DNA of 64,000 nucleotides from an uncultured archaeon (GCA_963817525.1 CAWFOU010000007.1:1-64000), one strand, 5' to 3'. Shown: positions 48,412-59,208, numbered from the stretch's first letter. Program-made: numbers and translations. Notes: a model not told the origin generated them from the sequence alone.

Positions 48412-49689
48412 TCACCCTTCGGGTCTGTGGCGGAGAGTATCGCCCTCCGCAAAGTCGGCGCCTCGGTATCGTCTCGGAATCTCTGCGCGTGTCGTTCGAG
48501 CGGCCCGAGCGGCGCCTGCGCCCAGAGTCGCTGCCCCCCTCCTGGCCAGGACGGCCACAGCGACCGCCAAGGCTAGGACTGCCGAACCAGCCTCGGACAA
48601 GTAGCGCGAGGCAATTGATGAAAGCGCACCCCATAGGACCAGGGCTATGGATGCCAGGCCGCCAGGCAAGATAGGCAGGACCATCTCGTTAGGACTGAAC
48701 GTCTTCCCAGTTCCCGACGACGTCGAGACGGCGGTGAGGTTCTGGTTGTCGAAGTACGAGAACGTAGGGATCCTCGGGACCATCCCTATCCCCCCTCCGT
48801 TCGGCGCCAAGACGTTGATAGTCCCGTTCATCGAGTGGTCGGTGTCAAGGGACGAGTAGTAGAAGTAGCTGCCAGGGGTGGTGAAGGTGTAGTTGAAGAT
48901 CTGGAACTGCTTGAGGGTCGGGGAGTTCGCGGCCGGGAGCGTGGTGAAAATCACGTTGTGGTCGCCTGTTCCCGGGCCGGCCGCCTCCCCGCACACTGAC
49001 GCAGGGCCGTCGAGGTTCTGCCAGTAGACGGTGCTCCCGGCGGTGACGTTCAGCACGCTCGGGTAGAAGACGCTCGCCGACGCGTAGGTGCTGGGAGACA
49101 TGATGACGCTGTACTGCACGACCATGAGGTTGAAGCTCGCACTCTGCGAGTACGCCCCCGCGACACCCTGCACCTCTATCGTGTCGTTACCAAGGGTCGC
49201 ATTCGAGGCCGCGATGACGTCCAAGGTCACGTTCACGTCCGCGCCGGACTGGAGGGCGACAGGGTTGGAGGGCGAGAACTGTACGCTGATTCCGGTCGGA
49301 GAAGTGCTGTTGAGAGTGACAAATTCGCCCCCGGATCCGGGAGCATGGCTGATTGTCAGCGAGACGACGTAGCTGTAACCTCCTGGAGAGACCAGGGCAT
49401 CCGAGGCTTGCGCAAGGGAGAACTCGAACGGAAACAAAGCGCCCGAGGCGTTCGAGGTGGAGGAGAGGGTGGTCGAGGTGGCGGTCGAGGAGGTCGCTTG
49501 GCTTGTCGAGGTCGTCTGCGACTGGCTGCTGGTGGTTTTCGAGCTCGAGCTCAGGATGAAATACCCTCCGACGGCCACGACGAGGACAATCACGACGACC
49601 GCGGCGAGGATCGCCGTGCCGACAGCGCTGCGTGCCCCGCCGCTTGCTCCGACACCGTGCCCAAACCGTCTGCTTCCGCGGCTCGACAT
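48412..49689 (-). CDS. Membrane-anchored protein with a cupredoxin-like domain
   Basis: F.PS.LNVTAGSTV.W.N.D...HNV...FNYTFTTPGSY.Y......HSM.GTI.V; prepilin-like N-terminal TM. Confidence 0.75.
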   Translation of the reverse strand: MSSRGSRRFGHGVGASGGARSAVGTAILAAVVVIVLVVAVGGYFILSSSSKTTSSQSQTTSTSQATSSTATSTTLSSTSNASGALFPFEFSLAQASDALVSPGGYSYVVSLTISHAPGSGGEFVTLNSTSPTGISVQFSPSNPVALQSGADVNVTLDVIAASNATLGNDTIEVQGVAGAYSQSASFNLMVVQYSVIMSPSTYASASVFYPSVLNVTAGSTVYWQNLDGPASVCGEAAGPGTGDHNVIFTTLPAANSPTLKQFQIFNYTFTTPGSYFYYSSLDTDHSMNGTINVLAPNGGGIGMVPRIPTFSYFDNQNLTAVSTSSGTGKTFSPNEMVLPILPGGLASIALVLWGALSSIASRYLSEAGSAVLALAVAVAVLARRGAATLGAGAARAARTTRAEIPRRYRGADFAEGDTLRHRPEG

Positions 49690-49787
49690 GGCCAACAATC
49701 GTGTCCGCGAGGCCCCCTTATATCATGTGATGGGACCAATCGGGTTCGAGCAGACACCGGACGCGCCCGCCTTTGCCCCGGTCGTGC

Positions 49788-50978
49788 CTAGATTACCTGG
49801 AATGTCGCGGAGCCGGTGCCCGAGGTGTAACCAGGGGCCGACGCTGCTGCGATCAAGCTGTAGGTTCCGACCGGCGCGCTCCTGCCGGTCGCGTAGCTGA
49901 AGCTCACGGAGCCACCGTTGCCCGTGGTGCCTCTGCCTGTGGCCTCCCCCCCGTTCGGGATGGTCAGCGTGACAGACACGCTCGCCCTCGAGACCGGCGA
50001 GCCGGTGCTGGTCGTGACCAAGACATTGATCGTCACCGTCGAACCCGGGGAGTAGCTGGCCCGGTTCGTCGTCAGGGTCACCACAAGCTGCGATGGGCTG
50101 GTGGTCGATGTCGAAGTGGAACTCGTTGTGGTGGTGGTCGTAGTTGTGGTGGTCGTTGTAGTCGAACTGGTGCTCGACGTGGTGGTGGTCGAGGTCCCCC
50201 ACGCCACCGAGAAGCTCGTCCCGTCGCTCGAAATCGCGGAGGGGGTTGCCTCCACCGAGCCCGAGCTCGAGATCATCGTGATCTCCTGCACGGCAGACCC
50301 GAAGGAGCTCATGGTCCCCGTGACGCCACTGACCGTCGCGTAGTTCGTGGAAGCGACGCCCGTGTTGTCGTCGCCGTAGTAGGCCGTAGCAAAGTCCGCC
50401 AAGGGCAGAATCGAGTTTCCTGAGGACGGCGCCTCAGCTATCCACTCCGCGGAGCTCTCCTGTGCTGAAGCGACAGCCTGAGAGGTGCTGTAGGTCTTTC
50501 CCGTCGTCACGTCTGTAATCGTAGTGGTGAAAATCCCTCCGGAGTAAGCGACGGCGGCGGACATCACGTTGCCAGGCGCGACTGGGACGCTCGATATCAA
50601 GTAGGAGCCGCTAGGGTAGAACTCATACCAGGCGTAGTAGCTCGCGGTGCCCCCCTGGCATTCGGCCATCGTCCCCGTCTGCTCCACGGTGCTGGAGGAG
50701 TAACCGTCAATCCCCACCCAGAAGGCGGCGTAGGCGCTCCTCGAGGAGCAGGTGACGCTGGGAGCAATCCAGGAGCCCTGCACGTCCGTGACCGAGCCCG
50801 TGGGGCCTGTCACAGCGTAGCCGCTCCAGTTCTCGCTGCTCCCGTTGGAGTTTGTCAACCTCGGGTGGGAGGCGGGGACCTCGTTCCTTTGGGCCGAGGC
50901 GGGGATTGCGAGGGTGAGGAACGAGGCGGCGAGGAGCACCATCAACACGGTAGTCGTCGCTCCAGTTGAAAATCGCAA
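49788..50978 (-). CDS. G1 family glutamic peptidase with a C-terminal Ig-like domain
   Basis: Same G1 motifs; T-rich linker; T.RASYSPG.TV.I.V domain. Confidence 0.92.
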   Translation of the reverse strand: MRFSTGATTTVLMVLLAASFLTLAIPASAQRNEVPASHPRLTNSNGSSENWSGYAVTGPTGSVTDVQGSWIAPSVTCSSRSAYAAFWVGIDGYSSSTVEQTGTMAECQGGTASYYAWYEFYPSGSYLISSVPVAPGNVMSAAVAYSGGIFTTTITDVTTGKTYSTSQAVASAQESSAEWIAEAPSSGNSILPLADFATAYYGDDNTGVASTNYATVSGVTGTMSSFGSAVQEITMISSSGSVEATPSAISSDGTSFSVAWGTSTTTTSSTSSTTTTTTTTTTTTTSSTSTSTTSPSQLVVTLTTNRASYSPGSTVTINVLVTTSTGSPVSRASVSVTLTIPNGGEATGRGTTGNGGSVSFSYATGRSAPVGTYSLIAAASAPGYTSGTGSATFQVI

Positions 50979-51125
50979 CTTCTAACGGGCCCGACAGGGC
51001 GGCTCTCGGACTTAAGCCTTATCGAATGGGATTACATGAATCACGTTCACGTGGGGTGGTTGTTGGGCACGGCCACGGCTTGCCGCGCCAGAAGCCTTTA
51101 GTGGCGCCGCGAGGGTCCACACGCC

Positions 51126-51584
51126 ATGCCTCCAGGATGGAAGGCCGCCCCGCCGAAGGACGACTCGGAATACTTCGAGAGGATGAGCAGGAGCCTCTTC
51201 ACAGCCGGGCTGAACTGGAGCATGGTCGAGAAGAAGTGGCCGAACTTCCGGAAGGCCTTCGCCGCGTTCTCGCCTGAGAAGGTCTCGAAGATGACCGAGA
51301 AGGACGTGAAGACCCTGATGGGCGACTCGGGGATAGTAAGGAACGAGCGCAAGATCAGGGCGACGGTCCACAACGCGGGCGAGGTGATCGAGTTGGAGAA
51401 GGAGTTTGGCTCCTTCAATGGCTACATCGCCTCGTTCGGGAAGGACGAGACGAGGCTCGTGGAAGACCTGCAGAAGAGGTTCAAGCACGTAGGAGGGTCC
51501 ACCGCGAGGATGTTCCTCTGGTCGGTCGGGTACAAGCTCACGCCGACGGCCGAAGAGAAAGAGTGGCTCGCGAAGAGCGTGTAG
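51126..51584 (+). CDS. tag: DNA-3-methyladenine glycosylase I
   Basis: FE.M....F.AGL.W..V..K...FR.AF..F, GIVRN..KI.A.V.NA, FK.VG. Confidence 0.85.
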   Translation: MPPGWKAAPPKDDSEYFERMSRSLFTAGLNWSMVEKKWPNFRKAFAAFSPEKVSKMTEKDVKTLMGDSGIVRNERKIRATVHNAGEVIELEKEFGSFNGYIASFGKDETRLVEDLQKRFKHVGGSTARMFLWSVGYKLTPTAEEKEWLAKSV

Positions 51585-51672
51585 CGGTCGTCGCGGGTGT
51601 TCTGGAGATTGGAATCCCGTTCTAAAGATTAGAATCATATAGCATCCCCTCCTTCCTCTCCTCGAAAGTCCA

Positions 51673-52417
51673 ATGGTCGAAGGTCATAATCGTGGCAGGC
51701 GGTCGCGGAGGGCGCTTGGGACGGCGTCTCTGGCGGCTATCGTGGTCGTCATCGCCATTGTCGGTGTCGCCTCAATCCTTGTGATGGGCAACGGGGTCGG
51801 AGTCTCCCAGGCGTCCAACTCATCCAGTACTTCCAGCATCCTTTGCCACTTCCACCTCCACGGGCGCCTCAACGTACACCAGCGTAGCGTCCCCGGCAAG
51901 CGGGCTCGAGCTCTCCTTGGGGCTCAACGGCACGAGCATCTCGACGGGAGAGGAGCTCACCGCCACGGCGGTAGATGTGAACACCCTGACGACCGCCGAC
52001 AACGTGTCCGCCGCCAAGGATTGGCCGATTGGAAACCTCGCGATCGGACCATGCGGGCAGCTCAACAGCCCGGTGGGAATCGCCGTCCTCAGCGGGAACT
52101 ACGACGCCGCGAACGTCTCGTCTGGGAAGTCGCTCCAGATATACGATCCAGCGGTGTACGCGTGCCCCGCGATGCTCTCTGGAATCGACGGCTTCCTCTT
52201 CCAGCCCTCGAGCGACAACGCCACGGTCTACGGTAGCTGCGGGTCAGCCGCGTGCTTCAACGAGACCGCGAGCGCGACTCTCTCGGTGACGGGCTATTGG
52301 ACTGGGGGCCCCTCCACCTTCACGAGCTTCCCCAGCGGGGTCTACACCGTGATCGCGGGGGACGAATGGGGAGGCATCGCGATATTGCACTTCGCGGTTG
52401 TGGCAAGCGGCGCCTGA
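51673..52417 (+). CDS. Secreted or membrane-anchored hypothetical protein (frameshift near 51840)
   Basis: RRA/LGTASLAAIVV N-terminal TM in one frame; GYW..F.SGVYTV.AGDEWG domain in ORF 51917-52417. Confidence 0.7.
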
Positions 52418-52561
52418 GCGACTCGGCGAACGTATCATGTTCGAATCAAAATCGCAATAAAATTGACACCAAAGCTCTAATAGCAGGCGGGCCCAGCGTT
52501 ATGGCAACGGTCCGATAGAGAGCTTAGGTGGTTCTAAATCCAAAAGAGAGCGTTCGTCCTG

Positions 52562-52810
52562 GTGACGGTCTACAGCGATGCTGACCGCTCCGGACTTTTC
52601 GAGATACGCGACATTCCGTCGGTCACCCAGGTCGACATGGTGCTCGGGGCCTTCGACGCCGTCGTGACGGTCGAGGCGGAGGACGAGAAGGCCATCGAGA
52701 AAGCGGTCACGAGCATATCTAGGACGAGGGGGGTCAAGGAGGCGAAGCCCCTCGTAGAGGTACAGGTAGGCTCCCATGGAAGCCTAAAGCCCGTCATAGG
52801 CCGCATGTAG
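52562..52810 (+). CDS. Stand-alone Lrp/AsnC ligand-binding domain
   Basis: V.QV.MV.GAFD.VV.VEA.D...I...I....GV; the start is probably upstream. Confidence 0.7.
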   Translation: MTVYSDADRSGLFEIRDIPSVTQVDMVLGAFDAVVTVEAEDEKAIEKAVTSISRTRGVKEAKPLVEVQVGSHGSLKPVIGRM

Positions 52811-52900
52811 CCCGGCTCAGCCGCTGCTTTCTTTTTCGACTTCAGAAAGAGTTTCGGAGAGGCGTAGCTTAAGTATCGCACTAGGGTCGAGCAGAAGGCT

Positions 52901-53583
52901 TTGGTGAGCCTCCCGGGCGTGACCTTCAGCAGGAAGGAGGGCACTATCGTCAAGAGGATGGTCGACTACGTGATCCTCGTGAGGGAGACCGAGCAGAGCT
53001 CTGCCGATCCTCGTCGCGGCCGTCGCCGCGGGCGACGTCCAGGCGTGCGTCGAGGGCAGGACCAAGATATTCAGCCTCGAGTCGAGCTCCGCCGCCGTCG
53101 CCCGAGAACTCAGCACTCTTATCGCAGAGGGCGCCTTCTTCGGAGGAGTCAGGGAGGACATGCTCAACCTGATCACGAAGATACACTCGATAGCGGACAA
53201 GGCGAAGGACGCCGCGCGCCTGATCACTCTTGCCAGAGTCACCGACGCCAGAGCTATCAATGTGCTGCGTTCGGAGGACATGAAGCAGTTTCTTGCGAAC
53301 CTCGACAAGGCGGTGGTCGCACTCCAAGGGCTGATAGAGGCTTTCGCAATCGACCGCAAGGCAGTTCTGGAGAGGGTTCACAACGTCGAAGAGTACGAGG
53401 AGGAGGCGGACACGTTCAAGCAGAACATGCTCGTGGCTCTCTTCGACAAGTCCCACGGAGAGATCGACCCCGTCACCCTGATACTGGTGAGGGACTTTCA
53501 TTTTCTGCGCGGACGACGTCGCGGACAGGTCCGAAGAAGCGAGCGACATCGCGCTCGTCCTAGTCGCGAAAGGCTATGGATGA
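52901..53583 (+). CDS. DUF47 / PhoU-like phosphate transport regulator (frameshifted)
   Basis: GAFFGGVREDML.L....IAD.AKDAA, EEEAD..K, ADDVAD.SE; directly upstream of the PiT transporter. Confidence 0.8.
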
Positions 53584-54520
53584 ATACATCCCGCTCATCC
53601 TGGCCGGAATCCTTACGTTCGTCTTCGGCTGGAACAACAGCGGAATACTCATAGGCAACGAAAGGGGCTCTGGGACACTCTCCGGAGTGGAGTCCACGAT
53701 CCTGTGCTCCATCGGCATGCTCCTCGGGGTGGCGCTCGAAGGCTCGGAAACGACCAAGAGCCTCGGGGGGATGATTACGACTCCACCGACCTACGCGATA
53801 GTGCTGGTGACCCTCGTGGTCTCGGTCGTCCTCACGTTCGGTCTCACGCTCGGACGCGTCCCCGTGACCTTTAGCGCCACGATGGTGGGCGCCTTCGCAG
53901 GGGCGCCATTGGCGTCCTCGGCGCACATCAAGGGGGACGACGTCGCGACAATAATCGCGTTCTGGGCGATAGCACCCCTCGCGACGATGGGCGCTACCAT
54001 CCTGAGCTACAGGGCAATCCAGAGGGCGATCGCGAATCTGAGCCTGGTCTCCGTCGATGCCTTCAACAGGGCAGGGGTCGGGCTGGTCTCTCTGGCGCTG
54101 GCGTTCGTGCTCGGGGCGAACAACATCGGCCTGATCTACGGAACATCCTTCACAGGGAGCCGGCCTTCCTCCGCCGACGCGGTCATGACCCTCCTTGCGC
54201 TCGCGGCGTGCGCGATCGTCGCAATGGCGCTCTTCGGGAGGAGTGGCGTCGCGAGCACCGTCGGAGACAGGTTGCTGTCGCTCTCTCCTCAGGGGGTGCT
54301 AGCCGCTTTCATCGGGACCATCCTCGTCATGTGGGTGGCGACCCAGCTTGCAATCCCCGTCTCCGTGAGCCAATGCCTCATAGGCGGGATGTTCGGGGCG
54401 GCCTTCACGAGGAAGATAGCCATCGTCAACCGGAGGCTGGCGCTGGAGGTCGTCTCCTCCTGGGTGGTGGTCCCCCTCGCCGCCTTCTTTCTGGCTTTGA
54501 TCCTCGCCCCGCTCCTTTAG
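53576..54520 (+). CDS. PiT-family inorganic phosphate transporter
   Basis: FGWNN and LGANN signatures, IPVS.SQ..IGG..G, SWVV.P. Confidence 0.88.
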   Translation: MDEYIPLILAGILTFVFGWNNSGILIGNERGSGTLSGVESTILCSIGMLLGVALEGSETTKSLGGMITTPPTYAIVLVTLVVSVVLTFGLTLGRVPVTFSATMVGAFAGAPLASSAHIKGDDVATIIAFWAIAPLATMGATILSYRAIQRAIANLSLVSVDAFNRAGVGLVSLALAFVLGANNIGLIYGTSFTGSRPSSADAVMTLLALAACAIVAMALFGRSGVASTVGDRLLSLSPQGVLAAFIGTILVMWVATQLAIPVSVSQCLIGGMFGAAFTRKIAIVNRRLALEVVSSWVVVPLAAFFLALILAPLL

Positions 54521-54635
54521 CCCGGCAGCCGAAGGAGGGACGCGGCGAGAGGGGGCAACCGATAAGTAGAGTCGAGGCGGCGAGAAGGACGAGCTTGTCA
54601 CGAGTCGCCCGCCGCGGCGAGGTCGCCCCGTAGCC

Positions 54636-55430
54636 ATGAGCCTCAGCGACAGGGCCGCTACAGCCCTAGAGTCCCTGGGCCTCACGAAGACGGAGATCCG
54701 GAGCTACGTCGCGCTGCTTGAGGGAGGGACGATGACCCCGAGCGAGGTGAGCCGCGCGGCGCGCGTGCCCTACTCCAAGGTGTACCAGGCCCTCGAGTCC
54801 CTGCACAGGAAGGGGTGGGTCGACAGGCAGCGCAGCAGGCCGGTCCTCTACACGGCCAAGCCCCCCGAGAGCGCCCTCGAGGAGCTGAGGTCCCAGCGCG
54901 AGTCCGAGACGCGCGAGATGGAGAAGGTCGCCCTTGCGGAGCTCATCAGCGTCTTCGAGAAGAAGGGGGAGCAGGAGCGGCCCGACATCTGGATCCTGAG
55001 GGGGACCACGGAGATACTCTCGCGCGTGAAGAGCACGGTCGTGAACTCGAGGAACGAGCTGCTCATAGCGCTCCCGTCGGGCATCGCCCCCTACGCTGAC
55101 CAGTTCAGCCCTCTCCTGGCGGCGGTCAAGGAGAAGGGGGTGAAGGTCTCCATACTGACCTCCCTGGGGCTATCCGAGGAGACCCTCGCTGCCCTCGCGA
55201 CCAGCGCCGAGGTGCGCACGAGGAAGATGATGTACGGCGGAGGCGTAATAGCGGACTCCAAGGACGTGGTCCTGCTCCTCGGAGGAGGGGAGAGAGGAGA
55301 GGGGGCGAGCTCTGCCCTCGCGATATGGGCGGACCACCCCGGCCTCGCGAGCTTCGCCCGTGACTACTTCGAGTTCCTCTGGAACTCGCGCGAGACCTCG
55401 AGGGAGAAGGCTCCGGCCCGCGCTAGCTGA
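54636..55430 (+). CDS. TrmB-family transcriptional regulator
   Basis: LGLT..E...Y.ALL, VPYSKVY..LESL..KGWV...RP.LY.A.PP. Confidence 0.92.
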   Translation: MSLSDRAATALESLGLTKTEIRSYVALLEGGTMTPSEVSRAARVPYSKVYQALESLHRKGWVDRQRSRPVLYTAKPPESALEELRSQRESETREMEKVALAELISVFEKKGEQERPDIWILRGTTEILSRVKSTVVNSRNELLIALPSGIAPYADQFSPLLAAVKEKGVKVSILTSLGLSEETLAALATSAEVRTRKMMYGGGVIADSKDVVLLLGGGERGEGASSALAIWADHPGLASFARDYFEFLWNSRETSREKAPARAS

Positions 55431-56293
55431 GGCGTCCTCCCTGAAGGAGGATAATCAGCATCGTGGCGTAGAGGACCACCAAGCTCACCACGAGGGTCTT
55501 CTCGACCCGGAGGCCCGAGGCCACGCTCATCCCGGCCCCCACCACGCCGGCGCCCCAGGCCTGGAAGAAGGCGAACATCACGGTCACCGCGGCGCTGTCC
55601 GCGAAGATCGAGGACGAGAACCCAGGCCCCTCGGAGAGCAGGTGGAGCGCCGCGCCGAAGAGGCAGAGCGGGAGGAAGGACAGGGCAGTCGACGCAAGAA
55701 GGGTGGGAACGTCCGCGCGCTCCTTGAAGGCGACGGCGAGGGCGACGTAGGCCGCCAGCGGCGAGCGCGCCGAGGCTGCCTGCGTATGTGGCGAGCGACA
55801 GCAGCACCCCTGAAGAAGGTGAGAACGAGAAGAGGACGAGCTCGTCGCGGGACACGAGGAGGAGGCCGAGCGCAATGGCCGAGATGCCCAGGAGGCTCGC
55901 GAGTGCCTTCGAGGGCGTCGAGGTGAGAGGGACAATGAGCGCCCTCGGGACGAAGACCTCGCTTACCGAGCCCCACAGGGTCTTCTTCTTCATCGCCTTC
56001 TCGATCCCCTGCATCGACTGCGCGGGCGTCTTCCCCTCGTCGTTGAGCTCCGCGAAGATCTCCCGCCCCAGGCGGGTGAGGGCGTACCTGCGCTCGGGGT
56101 CCCTGGTGACTATGTTCTCGAGGGTGTCGAGATGGTGGTAGAGGGAGCCGGTCTTGACCCCCACCTCCGTCGAGAGCTCCTTCCAGGTCATGGGCCTCAC
56201 GGCGAGGAGCTCGATTATCCTCATGCGCACGGGGTGGTTGATTATCCGCATCACCTTGGCCGGGTCCAGCCCCCCTTCGCTCAATTGTTGCAA
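55423..56293 (-). CDS. ArsR-type wHTH fused to a multi-TM domain (frameshift near 55760)
   Basis: HPVR.RIIELL...ELS...TGSLYHHL..L...YALT.LG followed by several TM helices across two frames. Confidence 0.78.
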
Positions 56294-56351
56294 CTTGCAC
56301 TCACCATTCTAAAAGAATGACGGAGCCTGAATCCGCTCTCCGAGGGGCCCG

Positions 56352-56636
56352 CTACAGCAGCAGCCCGTAGGACTCGGCGAAGGCCTCGAACTGGTGGTAG
56401 TGCGCAAGGTACTCCGAGCCCTTCGCGCTGACGACGTACTTCACGCCCTTCTCCTCCTTCTTCTCGATAAGCATCCCCGCCGAGAGCAGCTGGGAGAGGA
56501 GCTGCTCCAGCCCTCGGTAGGAGAGGTTCGAGCGCCTCATGAGGACGGATGGGCTCACGCCTCCCTCGCCGCTTGAGTTCAGCGCGACGGAGAGGACGTC
56601 CGAGATGATGCGAAGCCTGTTTCGATATTGTTGCAT
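56352..56636 (-). CDS. Small archaeal wHTH protein (HTH_45/DUF4364-like)
   Basis: YR.RL.II.D.L...LMR..NLSY..L...L..L...G.....Y..S.KG.EYL. Confidence 0.85.
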   Translation of the reverse strand: MQQYRNRLRIISDVLSVALNSSGEGGVSPSVLMRRSNLSYRGLEQLLSQLLSAGMLIEKKEEKGVKYVVSAKGSEYLAHYHQFEAFAESYGLLL

Positions 56637-56671
56637 TCCCGATTCACCAATCTATTGTTTCAGACCTCAAA

Positions 56672-58690
56672 TCAAAGCAAAACCGAGAGGTACCTCTTCC
56701 TGGCGGCGTAAGTCGCGAGGATCGCTAGAGTGACGACCACGACCGAGCCCGCGAGAACCGGGGCGTCGAGCTCGAGCGAGCTCTCTATGCTGTGGACGAT
56801 CACCCCGGCCACCTGGATGATGTGCACAGAGAAGTGGGGGATCGAGACGAGCAGTTGGATGGAGTCGGATGTCGCCACCAGGACGTATAGCGGCGGATTG
56901 GTCGACACCGGGTTGAGCACCTGCACCGCCGAGGAGGCCTCCGCGACCGGCGACCCGTCGAGCGTCACGTTAAGCGCGGGATAGAGCGCCAGCGGGGAGG
57001 TCTTGCTCATGTTGATGAGGAGGACGCGCGGGCCCGTGACGTTCTCACCGGAGATCCCGATCACCAGCCCGTTCCCGACCTGCTGCCCTACCGAGAGGGA
57101 GAACCTCGAGTCGAGCACGTTGGTCGTCGTGGAGAGGGGAGTGACCTGGACGGTGGCGGGGATTGTCAGGTTCTCGACCGCGTCCTGGATCTGCGCCTGG
57201 ACCTTGCTCCCCGCGCTTATCGTGGTAACGGCCGTGGTGGGGGTGCTAGTCGCGACCGAGGAGCTGGTCGCGCTCTGCGACCCGTTCGAGGCGGTGTCAG
57301 AGGCCGGCGACGAGAACACGGCGCTTGGCGGGACCAAGACCGCTAGCTGAGTGCCAGGGTCGCTGACTAGCACAAGCACCGGGGCTGCGGTCTTGAAGGC
57401 GGCCGCGTCAGAGACGTCGTAGACGGAGACCCCTAAGAGATAGCCCCCCGGGCTCTCCTGGATGCTCGAGTGCAATACTGCCTGGCCCAGCCTGTTGGTG
57501 GTCATCGTCCCCAGGTCGACGCGTGTCCCGTTGAGGACCAGCGCGGCGTCGTAGGTCGTCGACGGGTTGGCGTCCTGGAAGCCCACGACCGCGTCCAGCT
57601 GGGAGGACCGCGGGTTGAGCGAGACCACGGCTGTCCCAGTGGTGGGGAATCGGTAGCCTTCAGGGGCGCTCGCGTTCGTCGCCGGGACGAGGCTGAAAGA
57701 CCACACGAGCCCGCGGGAGGCAGGGGGAGGCACCGGGGTGGGGCTCCCCTGACCCGTGCTAACGGTGAAGCTCGAAGGGATGCTCGATAGCACTGGAGTG
57801 GGAACCGGGAAGGTCGATTGGTCTACCACGGACAAGCTAAGCACGAAAGTTCCCTGCCCTAGCTGGGCGCCCGCGGTTATGTTCCCGTTGCCCTCTGCGC
57901 TCGAGGTGTACTGCCCGATCGTCTTCTCGCTCCCGTTGAACGAGAGGACCAAGGCGAACTCGGTGGAGGGGTTCTGCCCAGAGAAACTCAGGCTAAAGCG
58001 GACGCCTCCACCCACGAGGGCGTATCCCCCGCCACCTGCCCCATAGGCGTAGGAGGGCGGGGCGTTGGGGACGCCGATGGGCGCGAAGGTCAGGGCGTCG
58101 ACCGCCTGCGGGGGCTGCGACGCGGTCGAGCTGCTCGAGGTGGTGGTCGAGGCCTGACCTGTGGTCGGCAGTGTGACCTCGATGGCCCTAGGGACGCTTA
58201 TGCCCACCGGAGACACCTGCTGCCCCGCGACGAATACAAGTAGCCCTACCTCATAGGTCCCAGGTTGCAGGGTGAGGTTCCCCTCGAAAACGCCCGCGCC
58301 CCTCGGGCCGGTGACCAGGCTCCCAACCGTGAAGTTCTCTTGCGCGGTCTGGACGACCGTGGTGAAGGCTGTCTCGGGGGCCCCGACGAAACTGGTCTTC
58401 ACTTGGAGCTGGTCGCCCGACGCCACGACCAGCGCCCCCCCTTGACCAAATGAGTAGTTCGCCGGGACCTGCTGGTGGAGGTACGCCGGCGTCGGGAGGA
58501 GCGCGTAACTAAGTCCGTTCCCAGGCGGCGGGGCGCCTAGGGGGCCTCCAGTTCCGCTCGAAGGCTGGCTGGACGCCGCGGAAGCGGGCACGGCGTAAGC
58601 CACGAACCCAAGGACCAGGAGGACTAAGGTTGCAAGAATCGCAATGACGTTGGGCCCTCGGCTTTCTCGATGCATGCCTATACGCGACAT
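56672..58690 (-). CDS. Large secreted, TM-anchored surface protein with repeated Ig-like domains
   Basis: Signal peptide, repeated G..T...G.G....L..G.Y.L units, V.IPHFS motif, C-terminal TM plus RKR. Confidence 0.8.
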   Translation of the reverse strand: MSRIGMHRESRGPNVIAILATLVLLVLGFVAYAVPASAASSQPSSGTGGPLGAPPPGNGLSYALLPTPAYLHQQVPANYSFGQGGALVVASGDQLQVKTSFVGAPETAFTTVVQTAQENFTVGSLVTGPRGAGVFEGNLTLQPGTYEVGLLVFVAGQQVSPVGISVPRAIEVTLPTTGQASTTTSSSSTASQPPQAVDALTFAPIGVPNAPPSYAYGAGGGGYALVGGGVRFSLSFSGQNPSTEFALVLSFNGSEKTIGQYTSSAEGNGNITAGAQLGQGTFVLSLSVVDQSTFPVPTPVLSSIPSSFTVSTGQGSPTPVPPPASRGLVWSFSLVPATNASAPEGYRFPTTGTAVVSLNPRSSQLDAVVGFQDANPSTTYDAALVLNGTRVDLGTMTTNRLGQAVLHSSIQESPGGYLLGVSVYDVSDAAAFKTAAPVLVLVSDPGTQLAVLVPPSAVFSSPASDTASNGSQSATSSSVATSTPTTAVTTISAGSKVQAQIQDAVENLTIPATVQVTPLSTTTNVLDSRFSLSVGQQVGNGLVIGISGENVTGPRVLLINMSKTSPLALYPALNVTLDGSPVAEASSAVQVLNPVSTNPPLYVLVATSDSIQLLVSIPHFSVHIIQVAGVIVHSIESSLELDAPVLAGSVVVVTLAILATYAARKRYLSVLL

Positions 58691-58827
58691 ATCCGGGCGG
58701 TGGCCGCTATAACGGATGAGTTCCAGGAAGTGATTTCTTGAAATAATCTCATTGTTCTACAGGATATGCTGAGAGAAATCACCGAGTTTATCGCAGGCCT
58801 TTTAATCGGAGACCCGTCGGTCGGACC

Positions 58828-59208
58828 GTGCCCAGAGACACGGCGTCCTTGGTCAGGGACATCCACGAGGCCCTCGAGATCCCCACTGAGGAGGCGGAGC
58901 TCTACGTCAAGGCCCTGACGGAGGGAGGCCTCACGCCGAAGGACGCGCGGACCAAGGACGCGGCGGAGTCCCTCTCCGCGAGGGGCATGCTGATAGTGGA
59001 CGCGAAGGGAGAGGCCTACCTGGCGGTCCACCCGCGGATGGCGCTCTCGAACCTCTTCAGGGCCTACGAAGAGAGGGCGGTGCGGCAGAGGAAGGAGAAG
59101 AGACTGCTCGTCGACAAGCTCACCCTCGAGCTCATCCCCCTCCTCCCGGGCGAAACGAAGGGCACAAATGCAAGTGGTCCGAGGGGAGCACGAACGGCCA
59201 CAGGTTGA
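58828..59208 (+). CDS. TrmB-like HTH protein
   Basis: L.I..EEA.LY..L...L..RGM......Y.AVHPR.ALSNL. Confidence 0.7.
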   Translation: MPRDTASLVRDIHEALEIPTEEAELYVKALTEGGLTPKDARTKDAAESLSARGMLIVDAKGEAYLAVHPRMALSNLFRAYEERAVRQRKEKRLLVDKLTLELIPLLPGETKGTNASGPRGARTATG

